Shown: piece by piece, positions 57,390 through 64,000 of the stretch
Position numbering within the stretch: the first letter of the stretch is position 1
How the letters are laid out: every line of letters starts with the position of its first letter
Assembly (NCBI GenBank): GCA_963668505.2
Contig: CAXXWY010000026.1
Coordinates: 621-64,620, forward strand
DNA: 64,000 bases
Direction: 5' to 3'
Source of the DNA: Dehalococcoidia bacterium
Lineage (GTDB): Bacteria > Chloroflexota > Dehalococcoidia > Lucifugimonadales > UBA3495
The notes under the pieces: model-generated
What the model saw: only the letters and a program-made list of their open reading frames with translations
Database searches by the model: none
What the model was told of the DNA's origin: nothing
Position numbers and translations under genes: made by a program

Positions 57390-59039
57390 CTACTGGGCTA
57401 TCGGAGTGGGAGTAGGCGCCGGGCTGCCCTGGCGGATGCGGAGCATGAGCTTGTCCCCGGCCTGCCACGGCTGGGCTGCGACGCTCCAGGTCAACGTGTT
57501 GCCGGAGACCGTGGCCGCGCTCCAATCCAGAGAGTGTATTACCGTTCCGTCCAGGGTGATGAAGTCGAGGGTGTGGCCCGACAGGGACGCGGGGGTGCTC
57601 AGGGTCAGCGTTGCCGAGCCGCTCTCCCACTTCAGGGACTGGAGCTCGGTGCTCACGTCGTCGAACGTGAATGCCTTGGGCTTCAGTACTCCGTTGGACG
57701 CGTCCGCTCCTACGGCGGAGCCGATGGCCACGGGGTCGAACAAGGCTTCATGCACCGCGCCGGCGGGCGCAGTGACGGTGACTGTCCAAGCCAGGTAGTC
57801 ATAGGTTTGTTTGAAGTTGCACGGAACGTCGGCATAGTCCTGCAGGAGATAATCAACGCGGTATGAGCCCCGAGGCAATGGCCGCGCCGTGGAGAGTCCC
57901 GCGTCGTAACCGTTCCAAGAGTGCTGGTCGTCGTCGATTATCACGGCTTCGAATAGTCCTGCGTCGGTCCCGCGCAGCCACCATAGGTTATATTGCGACT
58001 CTATGAAAGATTCGGAATACCTGTAGACCGCTGTGCCGGACGGCAAGCCCGAGGCGAGCGTCTTTGCAAGCTGGAGCGGCCCCAGTCCATGCGCGCGAGC
58101 GATCCGCTCATGCAAAATCCTGCCCCGAACGCAGTCCTTGAAGCCTGGAGTCCCCGCCCCTGTCGTTAGTTCGGACTTCAGTGCGGCGATCTTGGCCTTT
58201 AGCGCCGCTAGGGTAATCGTCGGGGGCGGACTCTTCGCTCCGTTGGTTATAAACTCCGGGTCGGACTGGCCGACTGCGCCTCCGCCGGAACCTTGGGCTG
58301 GCAACCATGCGCGGCTCAGGGTGTCGATTGTATAGTTCCAGGATGATTCGCGGGTGTTGGACATCATAAACTCGGCGGTTCTGGTGGAAGAACTTCCTAC
58401 TGCGCCCGCACTCCCAGCCGACGGTTGGCTCAACTCAACAAAGAGCACCGCCGGTCGATTGTCCCAAGTGCTGTTGCGATTCGATGCGGTGTATTTCGCA
58501 TGTCCAAGAGCCAGTTCTTCCTCGCCGTAGTTAAAGTCGTTTCGTACCACCACGACGATCTCATTGGGACCGCTGCCCTCAAGATATTCCTGAACGGTGA
58601 ATTTAATTTCATGGATGGGCCGGTAGAGTGTAGGTGTGCCTGAAACTGTCTCCACTTTCGGCGTCAACGACACAAAGGTCGCTCGCACGACGACCATGGA
58701 AGTCGAATCCAATGCGGAGAATATCTGTTCCTCTAGTGAGGGAGCTACATCCCAGGTAGGATCGGGAAGTTCCCCGCCCGAGCCGCCGTCGTGATACCAG
58801 TCCCAGCCGTCGTCGTCCGTTGTCGCCAAAGTTGGCTCGGAGTTGGGTTGAGCCGTTGTTGCCGGGGTTGGCTCAGGGCTGGGCTGCTGCGTCGCGCCGG
58901 GGTTTGGCTGGGTGGAGTTGCAGGCCGATAGAAATACGATGGCGAAGCACAGCGCCAGGACAGCGGCCATGGCAGTCCTGCCTGCAATCAACCTTAGCGC
59001 AGGGAGACGCCCGGTTAGTGCTCCATCGAACAACCGCAT
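57390..59039 (-). CDS. lipoprotein, paralogue of the N-terminal half of 53741..57376 (no peptidase domain)
   Basis: Same lipobox (FLSAC) and the same domain order. The 3' ~400 nt are about 95% identical to 55790-56170. It stops at the start of the Pro/Thr linker. Confidence 0.75.
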   Translation of the reverse strand: MRLFDGALTGRLPALRLIAGRTAMAAVLALCFAIVFLSACNSTQPNPGATQQPSPEPTPATTAQPNSEPTLATTDDDGWDWYHDGGSGGELPDPTWDVAPSLEEQIFSALDSTSMVVVRATFVSLTPKVETVSGTPTLYRPIHEIKFTVQEYLEGSGPNEIVVVVRNDFNYGEEELALGHAKYTASNRNSTWDNRPAVLFVELSQPSAGSAGAVGSSSTRTAEFMMSNTRESSWNYTIDTLSRAWLPAQGSGGGAVGQSDPEFITNGAKSPPPTITLAALKAKIAALKSELTTGAGTPGFKDCVRGRILHERIARAHGLGPLQLAKTLASGLPSGTAVYRYSESFIESQYNLWWLRGTDAGLFEAVIIDDDQHSWNGYDAGLSTARPLPRGSYRVDYLLQDYADVPCNFKQTYDYLAWTVTVTAPAGAVHEALFDPVAIGSAVGADASNGVLKPKAFTFDDVSTELQSLKWESGSATLTLSTPASLSGHTLDFITLDGTVIHSLDWSAATVSGNTLTWSVAAQPWQAGDKLMLRIRQGSPAPTPTPIAQ

Positions 59040-59221
59040 GCAATCACATCATGGGTTTCAAGCCAGGGGTCCGGTTGAGTTCCGGTTGCCGCTCTTGGGG
59101 TCACGGTAACAACAACCGCCGCGGGAGTCAATTTTCGCGACGGAAACCTTTTAACAACTCCCCGGAGGCGTCACTTCGGGACAATGGGCCGAGTTTTTGC
59201 AGCCCAGGCCCCTGCCCCTGG

Positions 59222-59243
59222 ATTCCGGTTCGGGGGCCGGAAT
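59222..59243. repeat. REP-type hairpin ATTCCGG-N8-CCGGAAT
   Basis: A 7-bp stem read directly. Same family as 61556-61575. Confidence 0.6.
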
Positions 59244-59291
59244 AACGGTTGTGCAAGGGCCTCCGGCCGCGGGCATCGCCAGTTGGATTCC

Positions 59292-59319
59292 TTGACACCC
59301 TTCGTTTGATTGTGATAAA
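59292..59319 (+). promoter_or_regulatory. candidate sigma70-type promoter (TTGACA-N16-GATAAA) for hppA
   Basis: Perfect -35 at 59292-59297 and a 4/6 -10 at 59314-59319, about 50 nt upstream of the GTG start. Confidence 0.3.
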
Positions 59320-59369
59320 TTTCGCACGCTCAAAGACAAGCCCGTTGCAAGCTGACGGAGAGTCGATTA

Positions 59370-61475
59370 GTGGAATCCTTTATCGTCGCAATCGTAGCCG
59401 GCGCCGTGGCCCTGGGTTTCGCCGGGGTCACCACGTTACGAGTCCTTAACACCGAGCAAGGCAACGAACGGATGCAGGCCATCGGCGCGGCCATCCGCCA
59501 GGGGGCGGGAGCCTTCCTGCGCCGCGAGTACATGACGCTGCTGCCCTTCGCCCTGGTCGTGACCATTGTCCTGGGCGTGCTGGACTACACCGTGTTCACC
59601 CACGAAATAGCGGCGCCCGCCACCGCCATTTCCTACGTGGCCGGCACCATCTGCTCGGCATTGGCCGGGTTCATCGGCATGAACGTCGCGGTGCGGGCCA
59701 ACGTGCGCACCGCCGCCGCGGCGCAGAGGGGCCTGAACCCCGCCCTGCGAGTTGCTTTCTCCAGCGGCTCGGTCATGGGCATAACCGTGGTGGGCATCGG
59801 GCTGCTGGGCGTCACCATCCTGTACCTGGTCTTCCAGAACATCAACGCCGTGGCCGGGTTCGGCTTCGGGGCCAGTTCCATCGCCCTCTTCGCCCGCGTG
59901 GGCGGCGGCATCTTCACCAAGGCCGCCGACGTGGGGTCCGACCTGGTGGGCAAGGTCGAGGCGGGTATTCCCGAGGACGACCCCCGCAACCCCGGCGTCA
60001 TCGCCGACAACGTAGGCGACAACGTGGGCGACGTTGCGGGCATGGGGGCCGACCTGTTCGAATCATACGTCGGGAGCATCATCTCCGCAGTGGCCCTGTC
60101 GGCCAGCGCGGTGGCCCTAGCCGTGGGGACCGGCGATTCCGACTTCAAGGACTCCCAGGCGGTGTTCCCGATGCTGCTGGCCGGAGCGGGCATCGTCGCC
60201 GCCATCCTGGGCACATTCGTCGTCCGCAGCGGCGAGCAGGCCGACTTCGAGCGGCTGCTCTGGGCGCTGCGCTACGGGATTTTCGCCGCCGGCGGTATCC
60301 TGGTCGTCTTTGCCGCCATTCTGACCATCACCTTGACCGACAACTGGTGGTGGTTCGGCTGCGTAGTCGCCGGGTTGGTAGCCGGAACGATTATCGGGCT
60401 GGCGACCGAATACTTCACGTCTTACAGCTACAGCCCGACCAAGAAGGTCTCTGAGTCGTCCCAGACCGGGGCCGCAACTGTGATTATCAGCGGCATCGCC
60501 ACCGGCATGATGAGCACCCTGATTCCGGTGATTTGCGTGTCCGCGGCCATCCTGCTGGCCTATTGGTTCGCCGGGTTCTACGGCGTGGCCCTGGCAGGTG
60601 TTGGACTGCTGTCCACTTTGGGCATAACCCTGGCCACCGACGCTTACGGTCCCGTGGCCGACAACGCGGGCGGCATCGCCGAGCAGGCCAACCTTGACCC
60701 ACAGGTCCGGCAGCGCACCGACGCCCTGGACGCCCTGGGCAACACCACGGCGGCCACCGGCAAGGGCTTCGCCATAGGTTCCGCGGCCCTCACCGCCCTG
60801 GCGCTGCTGGCCGCTTATTCGGTCAGCGCCGAGCTAATTAAAATCGGGGACGACGGCAAGCTAGACATACAAGCGATGCTGGCTAACGAGAACATTGGAA
60901 TTAACCTATTACAGCCTGAGATTCTAGTAGGGATGGTCATCGGCGCAATGCTGCCCTTCCTCTTCTCGGCCCTCACCATGCAGGCCGTGGGGCGAGCCGC
61001 CCAGGGCATCGTCGAAGAGGTGCGCCGCCAGTTCCGGGAGATCCCCGGACTGATGGAAGGCACGGCCACACCGGACTCCGCCCGTTGCGTGGACATCAGC
61101 ACCCGGGGCGCCCTGCGGGAAATGATTCTGCCCGGCGTGATGGCCGTCGTTGCGCCCATCGCCACAGGCTTCATCCTGGGCGAGGCCGCGTTGGGCGGGC
61201 TGCTCATCGGCGCAGTTGCCGCCGGGTTCATGCTGGCGATCATGATGGCCAGCGCCGGCGGAGCTTGGGACAACGCCAAGAAGTACGTGGAGTTGGGGAA
61301 CTTCGGCGGCAAGGGGTCGGAGGCCCACAAGGCGGCGGTGGAGGGAGACGTGGTCGGCGACCCGTTCAAGGACACTTCCGGGCCGTCGTTGAACATCCTG
61401 CTGAAGCTGATGGCCATCGTGTCACTGGTGTTCGCCCCGGTGTTCCTGAAAGTTCCGCCTCTCCTGCAGTTCTAG
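59370..61475 (+). CDS. hppA: membrane-bound proton/sodium-translocating pyrophosphatase
   Basis: GGIFTKAADVGSDLVGKVE, DNVGDNVGDVAGMGADLFESY and DAYGPVADNAGG motifs. About 16 TM segments. Confidence 0.95.
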   Translation: MESFIVAIVAGAVALGFAGVTTLRVLNTEQGNERMQAIGAAIRQGAGAFLRREYMTLLPFALVVTIVLGVLDYTVFTHEIAAPATAISYVAGTICSALAGFIGMNVAVRANVRTAAAAQRGLNPALRVAFSSGSVMGITVVGIGLLGVTILYLVFQNINAVAGFGFGASSIALFARVGGGIFTKAADVGSDLVGKVEAGIPEDDPRNPGVIADNVGDNVGDVAGMGADLFESYVGSIISAVALSASAVALAVGTGDSDFKDSQAVFPMLLAGAGIVAAILGTFVVRSGEQADFERLLWALRYGIFAAGGILVVFAAILTITLTDNWWWFGCVVAGLVAGTIIGLATEYFTSYSYSPTKKVSESSQTGAATVIISGIATGMMSTLIPVICVSAAILLAYWFAGFYGVALAGVGLLSTLGITLATDAYGPVADNAGGIAEQANLDPQVRQRTDALDALGNTTAATGKGFAIGSAALTALALLAAYSVSAELIKIGDDGKLDIQAMLANENIGINLLQPEILVGMVIGAMLPFLFSALTMQAVGRAAQGIVEEVRRQFREIPGLMEGTATPDSARCVDISTRGALREMILPGVMAVVAPIATGFILGEAALGGLLIGAVAAGFMLAIMMASAGGAWDNAKKYVELGNFGGKGSEAHKAAVEGDVVGDPFKDTSGPSLNILLKLMAIVSLVFAPVFLKVPPLLQF

Positions 61476-61511
61476 GGAACCTCCGAATAAGTTACTGTGC
61501 TCTCAATCGGA

Positions 61512-61579
61512 TCGTCATTCCGGCTTTCGCTGGCATCTACACTCCAAGATTTCTGGATTCCGGCCTGCGCCGGAATGAC
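61512..61579. repeat. REP element: 12-bp inverted repeat CGTCATTCCGGC / GCCGGAATGACG, enclosing a perfect hairpin ATTCCGGC-CTGC-GCCGGAAT (61556-61575)
   Basis: Read directly. It sits between the convergent genes hppA and otsA, so it may double as a bidirectional terminator. Confidence 0.7.
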
Positions 61580-61631
61580 GTTGTCCAGAGTTTCCCCAGG
61601 CCGGACTCAACCCACCCACAAGCCCCAGGTC

Positions 61632-63155
61632 TCAGTCGCCGACGCACTCCGCTATGTCTCTAAGTTGCCGGACAATCCAGTCTGAATTGTCCTCCCGGCA
61701 CACCGCCGACCCGAGCAGAGAGGCTCTCCGTTTGCGGTCTTCCGCGGGCATGGTTATCGCTTGGTGCAGGGCGTGCATCGTGCCCTCGACGTCGGTGGGG
61801 GCAATGGACAGGGACCCCTCGCCAAGTTGGTGGTGAACGCCGCTGTTTTCAGATAGGACAAGCACGCCGTCGCGATTGTTGACCACCGGCCCCTCTTTGG
61901 CCACCAGGTTCATGCCCTCGATTATCGTGTTGACCAGCAGGGCGTCGTACAGCTTCATTCCGGCGACGGCCTGGGTGTAGTTGTTCTCGATGAAAGCCGT
62001 GATGGGCTGCCACCCGTCTTTGCCGAAGCGGTCGTTGATTTGCCGGATCACCTGGTTGATTTCTTCCAGGTATCTCTGGTACTGGCGTATATGGGTGCGG
62101 GAGGGCACCAGGAACGCCAGGAATTTGACCCGGCCTTGGAGTTCGGGATGGCGGGACAGCAGCAACTCATACGCCCGGAATCCCCGGATTATGTTCTTGT
62201 TTGGCTCGGCCCGGTCGATGCGCACGATGTTGTGCTCGCCGCACACCGCCGCCAGCCGCTTCTCGTATTCCAGGGCCCTGGTGGAGTTGGCTATGCGCTG
62301 CACTTCGGCGACGTTTATCGATATAGGGTACGCCTTTACGCGGGCGCTGCGTCCCTGCCGGTAGACCGTCCCGCTCTTGTAGTCCACGTCCGCGTCCGGC
62401 AGAAAATGCTCTACGGTATCCAGGAAGCTGCGGCTGTCCTGCGGAGTCTGGAACCCAAGCAGGTCGGCGTCGCACAGGCTGGAGCAAATCCGGCTGACGA
62501 TATAGCTGGGGATCATCTGCCAGTAGCGTGCCGCGGGCCAGGGGACGTGCACGTAGTGCTGGATGACGGCCTCCGGCAACTCCTGCCGGACGTATCCGGG
62601 GACCAAGTACAGGTGATAGTCATGCCCCATTACGATTGGCGGCAGCGGCCCTTGCCGGGCCGCTTCCACCACGGCATTGGCGAAGGCCTGGTTTACCGGC
62701 GCGTAGCCGGTCTGCCAAGCGTCATGGATAGAGGCGTCCACGTTGGGGCTGTAAGGCGGGTTCCACATGTAGTGCTGTAGGAACCACAGCAGGGGATTGC
62801 ACAGAACGTTGTAGTACTTGTGGTACGTCCGGCGCGGCGTAACCACGTAACGTAGGTTGATTTTGTGCCCAGGGAGTGGCGACGGCAGCGTGCGGCCCTG
62901 GCTGCTCTTGGCCGCGGTGCGGTCCCCCTCGCCCATGGCGCTGGCGACCCAGGTGAATTCCACGCTCTGGGCCAGAGAGCTTAGCGCCGTAACCGCGCCG
63001 CTGCTTCCCCGCCGGGCCTCGGGACGGCCGCCGGGAGTCATTTGGAACTCCACCGGCCCCCGGTTGCTGACAAGAATGAGAGAACGACGGGAGAGCAGGG
63101 AGTCGCACAACTCCGTCAGTTCTTCCGCACCCGTTTCCTGGCCGTGCCGTTCCAT
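61632..63155 (-). CDS. otsA: trehalose-6-phosphate synthase (GT20 family)
   Basis: LILVSNRGPVEF, MGHDYHLYLVP, HYVHVPWP, RIDRAEPNKNI and EGMNLVAKE motifs. Confidence 0.85.
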   Translation of the reverse strand: MERHGQETGAEELTELCDSLLSRRSLILVSNRGPVEFQMTPGGRPEARRGSSGAVTALSSLAQSVEFTWVASAMGEGDRTAAKSSQGRTLPSPLPGHKINLRYVVTPRRTYHKYYNVLCNPLLWFLQHYMWNPPYSPNVDASIHDAWQTGYAPVNQAFANAVVEAARQGPLPPIVMGHDYHLYLVPGYVRQELPEAVIQHYVHVPWPAARYWQMIPSYIVSRICSSLCDADLLGFQTPQDSRSFLDTVEHFLPDADVDYKSGTVYRQGRSARVKAYPISINVAEVQRIANSTRALEYEKRLAAVCGEHNIVRIDRAEPNKNIIRGFRAYELLLSRHPELQGRVKFLAFLVPSRTHIRQYQRYLEEINQVIRQINDRFGKDGWQPITAFIENNYTQAVAGMKLYDALLVNTIIEGMNLVAKEGPVVNNRDGVLVLSENSGVHHQLGEGSLSIAPTDVEGTMHALHQAITMPAEDRKRRASLLGSAVCREDNSDWIVRQLRDIAECVGD

Positions 63156-63344
63156 GCTTTCCCCGGCGTTCGCCGGGTCGCCTCCTACGAGGGCCGCTTG
63201 AGTGGATTTTACACGAAACCCCCGTGCAATCCCATTTTCGCCGGGAGCAGAGACTGTCGGGAGAGGCCGCGGCGACCCGGAAACAGGGTTATATGGGTCT
63301 TGGCCCCGGACGTAACGTCTACAGCGCGGCCTGGGCTGGGGGAA

Positions 63345-64000
63345 TCATAGCGGCGGCCGTTGCTGTCCCCATTCGGTGGCCTGCTCGTAGGCGTGGGCCG
63401 CCCGTAGAACGGTCGCGTCGTCGAAAGGCCGGCCCGCCAGTTGCAGTCCTATGGGCAATCCGGCTTCGGAGAATCCGCAGGGAACCGACACCGCCGGGAA
63501 GCCGGTGAGGTTGTAGGCCCGCGTGTACTGGGTCAACGCCGTTACGGTACCCACTCTGTGTTCGCCGGCCTGGACGCTGTTGGCCAGCAGCTTGGGAGCG
63601 GTGACCGGCTCGGTGGGCCCGGCCAGCAGGTCCACCTGCTCCAACAGCCGCCGGGCCTGTTCGTTGAACATCGACCTGGCTTGCTGGGCCCGGAGATAGT
63701 CGGCGGCGGAGATGAACAGCCCGGCTTCCAACCGCAGGCGCACCAGAGGATATATCTTGTCGGCGTCGGTAGACAGCAGGTCGCGATAATATGCCGCGGC
63801 CTCGGCCATGATGATGGCGGTGGAGATGGGGTCGGATTGAACGAACATGGGTAATGACACCTCGGTGACCGCCGCGCCCATGTCCGCCAGCGCGTCGATG
63901 GCGGCCCGCACTGCCCGCTCCACCTGAGGGTCCAACGGGGCCTCGAAAAACTCCTTGGGAACGCCCACACGCAGGCCGCGAATGTCTCCCGTCAGGCCGC
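63345..64000 (-). CDS. amidase (amidase-signature family), C-terminal part; the 5' end lies beyond the right edge
   Basis: The frame stays open to base 64000 (..DIRGLRVGVPKEFF..). The C-terminus NLTGFPAVSVPCGFSEAGLPIGLQLAGRPFDD is typical of GatA-like amidases. Confidence 0.85.
   Translation of the reverse strand, partial: GLTGDIRGLRVGVPKEFFEAPLDPQVERAVRAAIDALADMGAAVTEVSLPMFVQSDPISTAIIMAEAAAYYRDLLSTDADKIYPLVRLRLEAGLFISAADYLRAQQARSMFNEQARRLLEQVDLLAGPTEPVTAPKLLANSVQAGEHRVGTVTALTQYTRAYNLTGFPAVSVPCGFSEAGLPIGLQLAGRPFDDATVLRAAHAYEQATEWGQQRPPL

Noticed and set aside
55790-57790. Near-identical 400-bp tracts considered as a diversity-generating retroelement TR/VR pair
   Set aside because: The 11 mismatches I tabulated are a mix of a/c, t/g, a/g, t/c, c/g and g/t changes, not adenine-specific. 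No reverse transcriptase gene is in the window.

Overview
A GC-rich bacterial chromosomal segment. Two 60-nt lines I counted by hand gave 65% GC in a core gene (20041-20100) and 48% in an accessory gene (44041-44100). Gene content and synteny suggest a Chloroflexota-like or other Terrabacteria heterotroph (inference only): yacL-ispD-ispF-cysS, a PAC2 protein, and many amidohydrolase, CoA-transferase, FAH, NIPSNAP and SnoaL genes.

Core genes: speH-speE, acs, amt, an AcuC-like deacetylase, nadE, relA/spoT, ispDF-cysS, lepB, hppA, otsA, an amidase, and various oxidoreductases.

Accessory elements, mostly visibly AT-richer:
- Two unknown ORFs at the left edge.
- A GmrSD-like type IV restriction gene immediately downstream of acs.
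- An IS110-family element sitting in a REP half-site, with a structured 300-nt 5' leader (bridge-RNA candidate).
- A 1073-aa fused endonuclease/N6-adenine methyltransferase (type IIG/IIL-like), flanked by REP clusters and a RAYT transposase.
- A class II Fic protein.
- A tRNA-Ser(GGA)-proximal islet with a 1168-aa SIR2-domain protein (DSR-like), a DUF433 antitoxin with a truncated toxin remnant, and a short DprA/SLOG-like protein.
- Two tandem paralogous lipoproteins, one carrying a gluzincin peptidase domain.

The best candidates for something new:
- The SIR2 giant protein and its neighbourhood.
- A five-copy ~50-bp phased iteron-like box (3 x AAATGR at 10-bp spacing plus an AAAATTT core). 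Every copy lies 5' of a minus-strand gene.
- A DapA-like + MfnB-like + TusA-like fusion.

At least five frame changes, four of them at short homopolymer runs, suggest indel errors in the assembly. This limits any pseudogene claim. All calls come from reading the sequence and the ORF track; no database search was run.
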